The position numbers were made by a program, and so were the translations under genes. From the NCBI GenBank assembly GCA_022798155.1, contig JAAWLY010000001.1, positions 1 to 32,202 of the forward strand: a stretch of 32,202 nt of DNA, in the 5' to 3' direction. A model generated the notes under the pieces. The model worked only from the letters and a program-made list of their open reading frames with translations. It made no database searches and was not told the DNA's origin. The DNA is from Lawsonibacter sp. Its GTDB lineage: Bacteria; Bacillota; Clostridia; Oscillospirales; Oscillospiraceae. Below, piece by piece: positions 6,645 through 15,456 of this stretch (positions are counted from its first letter, which is position 1; each line of letters opens with the position of its first letter).

Positions 6645-8144
6645 ATGTCTATGAAAAAATCCGCTCTGCGCGCCATCTCCTGGGTGGCGCTCCTCACACT
6701 GATTTCCAAGGGGCTGGGTATGGTCCGGGATATTTTGCAGGCCCGGGCTTTTGGCACAACCGCCGAGGTGGACCTGTTCACCGCGGCCAACAACGCCACC
6801 ATCTACCTCTTTACAACTGCCGCCTACGCCCTCTGCCTTGCGGCGGTGCCCATTTTTGCCCAGCGCCTGGCCAAAGACCGGGAAGAGGCCTTCCGCGCCG
6901 CTGACACCCTGCTGACCGTCTCCCTTCTGGCCAGCTTTGCGGTCACGGCCCTAACCCTGCTGGCCGGGGTCACCGGCCTGCAGGGCCAGGCGGTGGGGGC
7001 TTCCGGCCACGCCTTCCGCTGGTATATCTCCGTCATGGCCCTGACCCTGCCCCTGATCGTGCTGACCTATCTGCTCATGGCCCTGTTTCAGGCCATGGGC
7101 CATTACTCCCTCCAGGGCAGCCTGAGCCTGCTGTATAACATCGCCCTGTGCGGCCTGCTGCTGGCGGCGGGGTCCCGGATGTCGGTGGCCTCCTTCGCCA
7201 TCGCCACCAGCGTGGCCTGGTTCCTCCAGCTGGCCATGACCCTGCCCTGCCTGGTGCGGGAGCGCTACCGCTTCCACTTCCGGCTGGACCTGCGGGCCGG
7301 TTACCTCCCCCTCTATCTGCGCACCGCCGTGGTCACCGCCTTCACCACCGCCATCTTCCTGTTCTGCTACCTGATGGACACCAATATGGCCTCTCCCATG
7401 GGGGAGGGGGTCACCTCCGCTTTCTACTACGCGGACAAGCTGTTTACTCCGGTGATTACCACCTTGATTTACAGCATCGGAGCGGTGATGTTCCCCCAGT
7501 GGAGCGAAAAGCACGCCTCTATGGCCGACGGGGAGTACCGCGGCTATGTGGGTGGGGTGGTGGAGAGCACCATTCTCCTGCTGCTCCCCTTGAGCGCTCT
7601 GTTCTCCGTCTTTGGCGTGCCCATCATCCGGGTGCTCTTCGAGGGAGGCAGCTTTACCCCGGAGTCCTCCGCCCTCACCGGCATGGTCTTTGCCCGGTAC
7701 GCCTTGGGCATGGTGGGCTTCGCCCTGCTGGACCTGCTGGCCAAGGCCTACTACGCCATGCAGGACACCCGGGTCCCCCTGGTGGTCAATGTTGGCGTGC
7801 TGGCGGGCAATTTTGTGCTGAATCTGGCGTTGATGCAGCTCTGCCCCACCCCGGGAGCTCTGGCGGTGGCCACCTCCCTGGCCATGACCTTGGGCGGCGT
7901 GGTGCTGCTGGCGATGTTCCTTCAGGGCCGGTCCGGGGTGCTCCATCCCCTGCGGCTGGCCGCAGGGACGGGGCTGTCCGTCATCCTCTATCTGGTGCTG
8001 GACCTGGCCTCCGGGGCGCTGGTCACCGCCGCTGACGGCAAGCTGATGCTGGTGGTCAAGTGCGGCGCTCTGGGGGCGGCGGGCCTGCTGGTTTATCTGC
8101 TGCTGATGGGGCGGGCCTGTCTGGCCTCTTTTACCAAATCCTAG
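6645..8144 (+). CDS. murJ: MurJ/MviN-family MOP flippase
   Basis: ISKGLGMVRDIL..RAFG, YYADKL, LFEGGSFT, KAYYAMQDTRVP motifs; many hydrophobic helices. Start is 6645 or 6651. Confidence 0.85.
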   Translation: MSMKKSALRAISWVALLTLISKGLGMVRDILQARAFGTTAEVDLFTAANNATIYLFTTAAYALCLAAVPIFAQRLAKDREEAFRAADTLLTVSLLASFAVTALTLLAGVTGLQGQAVGASGHAFRWYISVMALTLPLIVLTYLLMALFQAMGHYSLQGSLSLLYNIALCGLLLAAGSRMSVASFAIATSVAWFLQLAMTLPCLVRERYRFHFRLDLRAGYLPLYLRTAVVTAFTTAIFLFCYLMDTNMASPMGEGVTSAFYYADKLFTPVITTLIYSIGAVMFPQWSEKHASMADGEYRGYVGGVVESTILLLLPLSALFSVFGVPIIRVLFEGGSFTPESSALTGMVFARYALGMVGFALLDLLAKAYYAMQDTRVPLVVNVGVLAGNFVLNLALMQLCPTPGALAVATSLAMTLGGVVLLAMFLQGRSGVLHPLRLAAGTGLSVILYLVLDLASGALVTAADGKLMLVVKCGALGAAGLLVYLLLMGRACLASFTKS

Positions 8145-8148
8145 CGAG

Positions 8149-9768
8149 GTGGGTCACATGCGAAAAAAGAAACAGAACCCCCTGCTGTGGGGGATGGCGC
8201 TTGTCGGGCTGATCTGCTCCCTGGTGATGCTCACCGGTCGCTTCTCCGCTGAGCTGAAATCCAATCAGGTGTCCTGCGCCATCCACTATGAGGATATCCT
8301 CCTGCTCGCCCAGGCCGACGGCCGGACACCCGAGGACTGGCTGGCTGACCTGAACCAGGCCGGGGTTCACTATCTGATTGTCCCGGACGGGGAAGGGGAC
8401 CGGGTAGCGGGCATGGCCCGCTCCGGCGAGACCGCCCAGCCGGGAGACGCCTTTTTGATCGCCCCTCCGCCTCCCCGGGGCTTCAAGGGCTACGATGTCC
8501 CCGGGATGCCCCAGGGGGACAGCTCCGTCCCCCTGGCCCTGGTGGAGAACTACAACCGCACCGGCGTGGTGTTGCCGGAGCAGTTCGACCCGGCGGCCTG
8601 GGAGGGCCCCATGGTCAAAACCCTGTACATGTACGATGCCTACAGCTACCACTATCAGAAAACCGGGGACGCCCCCTCCGAGAATGAGAACATCCTCTTC
8701 CGGGCGGTCACCGACCGGGGGATGCGGCTGATCGTGGTCACCCCCCTGGAGTACGAGGGGGGCGGCGTGGTGGCCGACCCGGAGGCCTATGCGGACATGC
8801 TCTCCGGCCTGGGGGAGCGGATCGAGAGCCGGGGGCTGACCCTGGGGGAGGAGTTCTCCCCCCTGGATGTCCCCCACCCCGGCCCCCTGCTGCTGGCGGG
8901 GACGGCCCTGCTGCCCGCGGCGCTGGCGGTGCTGTTTTTAAGCCTGGTCTTTCCGGCCAGCCCCATGCTGGAGAACATTCTCCTCGTCCTGGGCATTCTG
9001 GCCGCCGTGGGAGGGGCTTTCCTGGTCCCGGATCTGCTCCAAACCCTGGTGGCTTTCGGCGCGGCGGTGCTGGCCCCCTGCTACACCGTGCTGCTGTTTC
9101 GTTCCATCTCCTGCGGAAAGGAGAATCTCCTGTGTCAGCTGCCACTCCCCGCCCGGTATCCGGCGGTCCTGGCCGGTGTGTTGGCCATCAGCCTGGGGGG
9201 CGGGCTGTACGTGGGGGCCCTGCTGGCCACCCCCTCCTATATGCTGGAGTTTCAGGTCTTTACCGGCGTCAAGCTGGCCCAGCTTCTTCCCCTGGTGGTT
9301 ACGGTACTGATTTTAGGCCCCGCCCTGCGCCGCCGGCCCTCTGGCGGCAGTCAGAAGCTGCCTCTGGCGCTGATTGTCCTGCTGGTCCTGGGCATAGCGG
9401 CCGCCCTGGTGCTGCTGATACTCCGCTCCGGCGACAACATGCTCCCGGTGGCAAAATTTGAGATCGCCGCCCGGAACTGGCTGGAGCAGACCCTCTACGC
9501 CCGCCCCCGGACCAAGGAGATGCTCATGGCTTTCCCGGTGCTGGCCGTCTACCTGGTGGCCGCCGACCGGCGCTTCGCCCTGCTGGAGTTTCCTTTGGCC
9601 ATCCTGGCGGAGGTGGGCTCCGTCTCTGTGGTCAACACCTTCTGCCATATCTTCACCCCCGTCCACATCTCCTTCATCCGCACCCTCCTCAGCGCCGGCA
9701 TCGGGCTGGTGCTGGGCTACGCGGGCCTGGTCGTGTTCTGTCTGCTGCTTCGGCAGAAAAAAACATAA
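8149..9768 (+). CDS. DUF5693-like membrane protein (extracytoplasmic domain plus multi-TM C-terminus)
   Basis: RAVTDRGMR, FTGVKLAQLLP, RSG.., R..LE..LYARPRTKE, SVVNTFCHIFTP....RT patterns recalled for DUF5693; directly follows murJ. Confidence 0.7.
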   Translation: MGHMRKKKQNPLLWGMALVGLICSLVMLTGRFSAELKSNQVSCAIHYEDILLLAQADGRTPEDWLADLNQAGVHYLIVPDGEGDRVAGMARSGETAQPGDAFLIAPPPPRGFKGYDVPGMPQGDSSVPLALVENYNRTGVVLPEQFDPAAWEGPMVKTLYMYDAYSYHYQKTGDAPSENENILFRAVTDRGMRLIVVTPLEYEGGGVVADPEAYADMLSGLGERIESRGLTLGEEFSPLDVPHPGPLLLAGTALLPAALAVLFLSLVFPASPMLENILLVLGILAAVGGAFLVPDLLQTLVAFGAAVLAPCYTVLLFRSISCGKENLLCQLPLPARYPAVLAGVLAISLGGGLYVGALLATPSYMLEFQVFTGVKLAQLLPLVVTVLILGPALRRRPSGGSQKLPLALIVLLVLGIAAALVLLILRSGDNMLPVAKFEIAARNWLEQTLYARPRTKEMLMAFPVLAVYLVAADRRFALLEFPLAILAEVGSVSVVNTFCHIFTPVHISFIRTLLSAGIGLVLGYAGLVVFCLLLRQKKT

Positions 9769-9808
9769 GCAAAGAACCCTGACGGCATAGACCGTCAGGG
9801 TTCTTTGC
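9769..9808. terminator. Bidirectional terminator hairpin
   Basis: GCAAAGAACCCTGACGG-CATAGA-CCGTCAGGGTTCTTTGC between convergent genes. Confidence 0.85.
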
Positions 9809-11106
9809 TATCTTCTGCTTTGAACCCAGCACCACAGGGGGAGTAAGTATAGGTAGAAGGCCAGGGGCAGGGCCGCCGCCCCCACCTCCATGGTGGTAAG
9901 AGGGACGCTGGCGGCAATGGCCCAGGGCACCAGCCCGGCCAGGTTGATGGTGGAATTGCCGATGTTGGCGGCCAGCTCTATGGCGGGCAGTTCCCGGCGG
10001 CGATACTCCTCCTTCAGCAGCTGGGCGCTCATCACAATGGCCACCGTCTGGTTGCAGAACAGGGCGCTGCACCCAAAGGAGGCCGCCACATGGGCCCCAA
10101 ACAGCCCGATTTTCCCCGCCAGCGCCCCCACCCGGCCGGTCACCGGCGCCAGAAGGCCGGTGCCGTTGAACATGCCCGAGTAGGCGCAGGACAGCAGCAC
10201 AATGCACACCACGCTGACCATGGAGATCAGCCCGCCGCCAGACATCAGCTCCGTCAAGGCAGACAGCTCGGGCCGGTAGCCCAGCACACAGGCCCGAAGC
10301 GTCTCCCCCGGGGAGAGGTGCTGGACCAGCAGGGTACACCCGGCGGACAGTACACAGCTTACCGCAATGGAGGCCACGGCGCTTATCTTCAGCCAGGGCA
10401 GAATCAGCAGCGCCGCCGCCGGCAGTATAGCGGGCCAGGACAGGGAAAAGCCCTCCTCCAGGGCGGACACAATCTGAACATCCACCCCCCGGATGGGATA
10501 CAGCAGGGACAGCCCCCCGTAGAGGACCAGGGTAGCTAGAAAGGGAACCGGAGTATCCCGCCACATCCGCATCTGAAAGTCGTGCTGGTCCGCGCCGGCC
10601 ACAGCCGCCGTCAGGGCCGCCGAGGAGGAGGCCGGGGACAGCCGCTCCCCAAAGTAGATGCCGGACATAATGGCTCCCGCCGTCACCGCCAGGTTTGCCC
10701 CGCCGCTGCGAGCGATGGTCATCAGAATCACGCCCGCCGTCCCCACTACGCCGAAACAGCTGCCAAAGGCCAGGCTGAACAGCGCGGCCAGCAGGAAGGT
10801 CACCAGCACAAAGGTGCCTGGCGTAATCAGCCGGACTCCCAGCCACACAAACAGGGCCACCGTCCCACCAGATCGCCATAGGGCGGTGAGCAGCCCCAGC
10901 AGCAGCAGAATGCGCAGCACCTTCAGCGAGGTACCCATCCCCTCCAGAGCCATTTTTAGCAGAGCCGGGACGGAGGTCCCCCGCCGGACCCCCACCGCAA
11001 AAAAGCACACAAACCCTACCGCCAGCGCCCAGGCAAGAGACAGACCCTTTGCCATACATCCCACCACGCAGAGCAGAAACATCCCAAAGGCAGCCAATAA
11101 ATCCAT
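9808..11106 (-). CDS. Na+/H+ antiporter NhaC-family transporter
   Basis: GS..G..GT.G, GAIMSGIYFGERLSPASSS, GGG..SM and LVPW motifs; start ATG 11106 after SD AAAGGAG. Confidence 0.88.
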   Translation of the reverse strand: MDLLAAFGMFLLCVVGCMAKGLSLAWALAVGFVCFFAVGVRRGTSVPALLKMALEGMGTSLKVLRILLLLGLLTALWRSGGTVALFVWLGVRLITPGTFVLVTFLLAALFSLAFGSCFGVVGTAGVILMTIARSGGANLAVTAGAIMSGIYFGERLSPASSSAALTAAVAGADQHDFQMRMWRDTPVPFLATLVLYGGLSLLYPIRGVDVQIVSALEEGFSLSWPAILPAAALLILPWLKISAVASIAVSCVLSAGCTLLVQHLSPGETLRACVLGYRPELSALTELMSGGGLISMVSVVCIVLLSCAYSGMFNGTGLLAPVTGRVGALAGKIGLFGAHVAASFGCSALFCNQTVAIVMSAQLLKEEYRRRELPAIELAANIGNSTINLAGLVPWAIAASVPLTTMEVGAAALPLAFYLYLLPLWCWVQSRR

Positions 11107-11204
11107 GCGTTTCCTCTCCTTTTTCCGTCTATGGGGGATTGTACCACCTCTACGGCCCTTTGTCACCCTCCCGGAACAAATTTTCCAAATCTGCCGCCGC
11201 CCCG

Positions 11205-11234
11205 GTATAGAACCGGAAAGGCCCGTCCATAATG
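11205..11234 (+). promoter_or_regulatory. Possible forespore sigma (SigF/SigG-type) promoter of spoIIR
   Basis: GTATA-18 bp-CATAATG; spoIIR is SigF-dependent in Bacillus and Clostridium. Confidence 0.4.
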
Positions 11235-11269
11235 TAGGCATATTACATCGGGAGGCCCGGGAGGATTTT

Positions 11270-11890
11270 ATGGATCGGAAGCTAAAGCATTGGGAATTGG
11301 CGCTGATGTTCGGCGTTTTGGTGGCTGTGGTGGCGGGAGGCTGGCTGGGCCGGGAGCAGCAGGAGCTGGCGGACAGCGTGGTGCGCTTTCACGTCATCGC
11401 CAACTCAGACAGCGAGGAGGATCAGGCCTTGAAGCTGGCCGTCCGGGACCGGGTACTGGCCCGAGCGGAGGAGCTGTACCCCCAGGAGGCCACCCTGGAG
11501 CAGGCCAAAGCCGCCCTGGAGGGACACCTAAACCTACTGGCTGACGCGGGCCGGGAGGTGGTGGAGGAACAGGGATATGACTACCCCGTCTCCGCCCAAG
11601 TAGAGGACTGCTGGTTCCCCACCAAGGAGTACGAGGGCTTTTCCCTGCCGGCGGGAAACTATACCGCCCTGCGGATCGTCATCGGCGAGGGGGAGGGCCA
11701 GAACTGGTGGTGCGTGGCCTTCCCGCCCCTGTGCCTGGGGGCGGCCAGCGAGACGGTGGACCAGGCCCTGGAGGCCGGCCACTTCACCCCAGAGCAGGGG
11801 GCGCTGGTCACCGGCGATGGCGAGGGCTATGTACTGAAATTCAAGGCCATGGAGTGGCTGGGCGAGGTCCAGGGGCTTTTCCAGAAATAA
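11270..11890 (+). CDS. spoIIR: Stage II sporulation protein R
   Basis: RFHVIANSDSEEDQALKLAVRD, FPTKEY, LPAGNY.ALRIVIGEGEGQNWWCV.FPPLC; start ATG 11270 after GGGAGG. Confidence 0.96.
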   Translation: MDRKLKHWELALMFGVLVAVVAGGWLGREQQELADSVVRFHVIANSDSEEDQALKLAVRDRVLARAEELYPQEATLEQAKAALEGHLNLLADAGREVVEEQGYDYPVSAQVEDCWFPTKEYEGFSLPAGNYTALRIVIGEGEGQNWWCVAFPPLCLGAASETVDQALEAGHFTPEQGALVTGDGEGYVLKFKAMEWLGEVQGLFQK

Positions 11891-11894
11891 CACA

Positions 11895-11928
11895 CCGGGG
11901 GAGACAGCACCGTCTCCCCCGGTTTTTT
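11895..11928 (+). terminator. Intrinsic terminator between spoIIR and the vWA gene
   Basis: ACCGGGGGAGAC-AGCACC-GTCTCCCCCGGT followed by a T run. Confidence 0.85.
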
Positions 11929-11929
11929 G

Positions 11930-13063
11930 TTACAGCTGGCCTCTCAGCGCCCGCTCCAACAGCTCGGGCAGCTTCTCCGGGGCGCAGGCAAAGCAGGGGA
12001 TGTCCAGGGCGGCAATGCGCTGGGCGGTCCGGGCGTCGTAGTAGGGCTTGCCCCCGTCGGCGATGGCCAGCAGCACCACCACCGTCACCCCGGAGTCCTT
12101 CATCTCCTCCACCCGGCGCAGCAGGGCCGCCCGGTTGCCCCCCTCCTCCAGGTCGGAGATGAGGAAAAACAGGGTTTTGGCCGGGGCCTCGATGAGCCCC
12201 TGGCAATAGGCGACGGACTTGGCGATGTCGGTGCCGCCCCCCATCTGAAAGCCGAAAAGCAGGTCCACCGGGTCGGCGCACAGGGGGGTCAGGTCCATGA
12301 TCTGGGTATCGAAGGCCACCACGCTGGTCTTGATCGCGGACATAGAGGCCAGCACACAGGCCATCACTGAGGAATAGAGAATGGACGGGCCCATGGAGCC
12401 GCTCTGGTCGATATCCAGAATGACGTGCCAACGGTTGACCCGGCTGGAGCGGTCGAAGAAATACACCCGCTCCGGGATGATTGCTCCCAACTCTCGGTTA
12501 TAATGCTTTAAATTTCTCCGAATCGTATAGGGAAAATCCAGCGCCGCGGCGGAGGGCAGCGGAGCGTGGGCCCGGCGGTTCAGGGCCGCCGTCACCGCCC
12601 GGCGCATATCGTTTTCCAGCAGCCGGTTGATCTCCTCCACAATTTTCCGGATGAAGACCCGGGCGGACTCCTTGGACTTCTTGGGAATCTGATCCTTGAG
12701 CATCAGCAGGGTGGAAGCCAGGTTCAAATCGGGCTCTAGGCTGTCCAGCAACTCGGGCTCCAGGAGCAGCTGCTTTAATCCTTTGCGCTCAATGGCGTCG
12801 TTCTGCACCACCGCCACAATCTCCGGATCGAAGAGGGCGCGCAGATCCCCCAGCCATTTGGAAATCAACGGGGAGGAGGGGCCCTTTCCTCTGCCTCCAT
12901 CGCTCCCGAAGGACTCCCCCGGCCCGCCGTAGATGGCACCCAGGGCGGAGTCCATGAGCAGTTCCTCCTGGGACAGGGGAGCGCCCCCCATGCGGTCAAA
13001 GGACTCCTCCGTCTCGGAGCCCAAAATCAGCCGCCAGCGGGAGAGCTGTTCTTGCTGTGACAT
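11930..13063 (-). CDS. vWA (CoxE-type) domain protein, YehP-like
   Basis: RWRLILG N-terminus; MIDAS DQSGSM, GGGTDI, LISDL.EG. Confidence 0.88.
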   Translation of the reverse strand: MSQQEQLSRWRLILGSETEESFDRMGGAPLSQEELLMDSALGAIYGGPGESFGSDGGRGKGPSSPLISKWLGDLRALFDPEIVAVVQNDAIERKGLKQLLLEPELLDSLEPDLNLASTLLMLKDQIPKKSKESARVFIRKIVEEINRLLENDMRRAVTAALNRRAHAPLPSAAALDFPYTIRRNLKHYNRELGAIIPERVYFFDRSSRVNRWHVILDIDQSGSMGPSILYSSVMACVLASMSAIKTSVVAFDTQIMDLTPLCADPVDLLFGFQMGGGTDIAKSVAYCQGLIEAPAKTLFFLISDLEEGGNRAALLRRVEEMKDSGVTVVVLLAIADGGKPYYDARTAQRIAALDIPCFACAPEKLPELLERALRGQL

Positions 13064-13074
13064 AACCGCACCCC

Positions 13075-15456
13075 CTAAATATCGTCAAAGTCAAAGTCGG
13101 ACAGGCTGTCCAGCAGCTCTCTCTCCGCCTCGGTGGTCTCGTTCATTAGCAGTTCCGCCGCCTGCCGGGAGCTGACGCCCCAGATTTCTCCCAAATTTTC
13201 CGCAATGTCGTTCTTCTCCTTGGGGGAGAAGCCGGCAAAGGCCCGGCGGAGAAAGACCAGCGCCCGGCGGAAGGAATCCTCGTCCAGGGTGCTGAGGTAG
13301 CCGTCCAGCTGCCGCCACAGGGACAGCCGGGCGATGAGGGCGTACCGGTTCTTCCCCGCCAGCCCCTCGAACCACCCCGCCCCCAGGTCGGCGGGGACGC
13401 CGGGGGACAGCCGCCGGGCCACCTCCCGGGCCAGCAGCTCCTCGTCCGCCTCCCCCCGCTCCAGCAGGATGGCCATGGCGAAACCGGAACAGCGGGTGTT
13501 CAGGTCGTCCCGGTCGGAGATACCGGCCAGCAGGTCCAGCCAGCGCTCTTTTTCCAGAAAATCATGACTGATCTGTAAAGTATTTAGCCTGTTCATTGCT
13601 TGTATCACAGCGGGTGCGGCCTTGGTGTCGCAGAGGCAGGCATCCTCCAGGGTCAGACAGCCCCGCAAGTATAACTGCTTTACAAGGGGAATGACCGGCT
13701 CCGGATCAAACCGGCGCAGGTCGCCGTAGCGGACTACCAGGCTCAGCCGCTGAGCCGTCTCGGCCACGTCGGACAAAGCGGCCTCATCCACGCTCAGCCC
13801 CTGGAGCACCGACAGGGCGTGCCAAGCGGCAGCGGGCATCCCGCACAGGAAGGCGTCCTCAAAGATGGCGGCTGCCTGGGCAATGGTGGTGCTGTTCCGC
13901 TCCTTCAGGGCGAAGGCCGCCGCCCCCTGGACGGTGTCCCCCATGAGGGCGGACTCCACCACCTCGATCTCCGCCTCGGGAGTCCAGCGCAGCTCCCAGT
14001 ACTCCCCCCAGTTGGCCCCCTCCTGCCGGGAGGGGAGGAGGGCGGCAAAGTGTATTCCCAGCACCCGCAGGCGGTGGAGGAAAAAGGACCTGCGCAGGTC
14101 GATGAGGGCGGCCGCCTCCGACTTTACGTTCAGCTTCTCCCGCAAATCCAGGTCCAGCCGCAGGAGCTCCTGGGTGCGGAATTTCTCCAGCCGCAGCTCC
14201 TTGAGCTGGCGGTAGAAGTCCTCCTGCACGCTGGTGCGGGCCACTCCCTCGGGAAGAAAGCCGATTTTCCTGCCAATCTCTGTGTCCGCTGCGGCCAGGG
14301 CCAGCTCGGAGAACTGCCCGTGACCCATGGTGGCTACCGAGGCGTCCCGCAGGTCTGACAAGGCAGAAACCTTGCTTCCCCGCATGACACAGAGGGTTTG
14401 CGCCATGCGTACCGCCTCGATCACCTCGGCGGAGGACACCAAATTGCCCGCCCTCCGGTGAGCGTCAGCCAGCCGGGTGAGGTAGAGGTAGGGGACCTCC
14501 CCCAGCCCCTTGTCGTTCAGGGCCTCCCAGAGCAGCTCAAAGTAAGCCGGGGCCTTGTTCCCCGCCCCGTAGCCCGACCGGGAGGACAGCCGGTAGTAGG
14601 AGTAGGGCATCAGGGTGGCCAAAGCGTCCGCCTGGGGAAGGGCCAACGCCTCTTCATCGGTCATGGGGGCGTTTGCCTCCAGGCCGGCCACGTGGAAGGC
14701 CCCGCAGACACAGAAGATTTTCTCCGCCGGGACCCCGCTGTCCACCGCCTTCTGAATGCACCGCTTCATATAGGCCTCCCGCACCACCGTCTCGGCGGTG
14801 CGGCGGGGGTCGTCCGCCGAGGACTCTCTCAGCTGATTGCCAAAGGTATTACAGGCCAGCTGGTAATCCTGCCAGTTTTCAATTTGCTCAAAATTCCGCT
14901 CCCAAAAGGTGTCGTGGTCCTCCCCGGTGAGGGTCTCCAGGCGCTTGTAGACGGACTCGGTGGTTTGAAGATTATTCTCATCTTGAATCCCTCCACCACC
15001 GCCTTCGGCGGCGGGCCCCCTCCCCTTGACAAGGGAGGCATTTGGCTGCCGGCCTTCAGACTCCTCTTCAGAAGTCTCCCCTGTTAAAGGGGGGAGGGCC
15101 CGGGAGGATTCCTTCCCCCGCTCCTCTGCCTCTAAAAACCCCAGAAATACCGGGGAGGGCAGGTCCATAAACCGGCATTCCACCTTGTGCTCGTGGGCCC
15201 ACAGAATGGCTTGGAGCTCCGGGGAGTAGACGGCGAAGGGCCACAGGATGGTGCGCACCGGCGGGGTCCGGGTGTAGGCCAGGATGGCGGCGGGGAGCTG
15301 GGTGTCCGGGTGGCACAGCCAGTGCATCTGGTCGTTTAAGTCACTGGGACCCTCCACTAGTACCAGCTGGGGCTGGGCCGCGTCCAGGGCCCTCCGCAGG
15401 TGGTACGCCGCCGCCGGAGACAGGTGCCGCACCCCGAAAAATGTCGGCTTATTCAT
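13075..15456 (-). CDS. DUF5682 / YehM-like protein with a predicted TraB/Tiki-like N-terminal domain
   Basis: GVRHLSP, LVEGP, PFAVYSPE, REAYM, CGAFH, LSSRSGYGAG motifs; start ATG 15456 overlaps the AAA gene stop (ATGA). Confidence 0.82.
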   Translation of the reverse strand: MNKPTFFGVRHLSPAAAYHLRRALDAAQPQLVLVEGPSDLNDQMHWLCHPDTQLPAAILAYTRTPPVRTILWPFAVYSPELQAILWAHEHKVECRFMDLPSPVFLGFLEAEERGKESSRALPPLTGETSEEESEGRQPNASLVKGRGPAAEGGGGGIQDENNLQTTESVYKRLETLTGEDHDTFWERNFEQIENWQDYQLACNTFGNQLRESSADDPRRTAETVVREAYMKRCIQKAVDSGVPAEKIFCVCGAFHVAGLEANAPMTDEEALALPQADALATLMPYSYYRLSSRSGYGAGNKAPAYFELLWEALNDKGLGEVPYLYLTRLADAHRRAGNLVSSAEVIEAVRMAQTLCVMRGSKVSALSDLRDASVATMGHGQFSELALAAADTEIGRKIGFLPEGVARTSVQEDFYRQLKELRLEKFRTQELLRLDLDLREKLNVKSEAAALIDLRRSFFLHRLRVLGIHFAALLPSRQEGANWGEYWELRWTPEAEIEVVESALMGDTVQGAAAFALKERNSTTIAQAAAIFEDAFLCGMPAAAWHALSVLQGLSVDEAALSDVAETAQRLSLVVRYGDLRRFDPEPVIPLVKQLYLRGCLTLEDACLCDTKAAPAVIQAMNRLNTLQISHDFLEKERWLDLLAGISDRDDLNTRCSGFAMAILLERGEADEELLAREVARRLSPGVPADLGAGWFEGLAGKNRYALIARLSLWRQLDGYLSTLDEDSFRRALVFLRRAFAGFSPKEKNDIAENLGEIWGVSSRQAAELLMNETTEAERELLDSLSDFDFDDI
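14987..15109. repeat. Pair of inverted REP-like units embedded in frame in the DUF5682 gene
   Basis: Reverse complement of 14987-15040 aligns with intergenic unit 6205-6253; a second, degenerate unit at 15074-15109 is in the opposite orientation. Confidence 0.7.

Noticed and set aside
10658-11269. Long N-terminal extension of SpoIIR in the ORF track
   Set aside because: It is the antisense shadow of nhaC; the real SD and signal peptide start at 11270.
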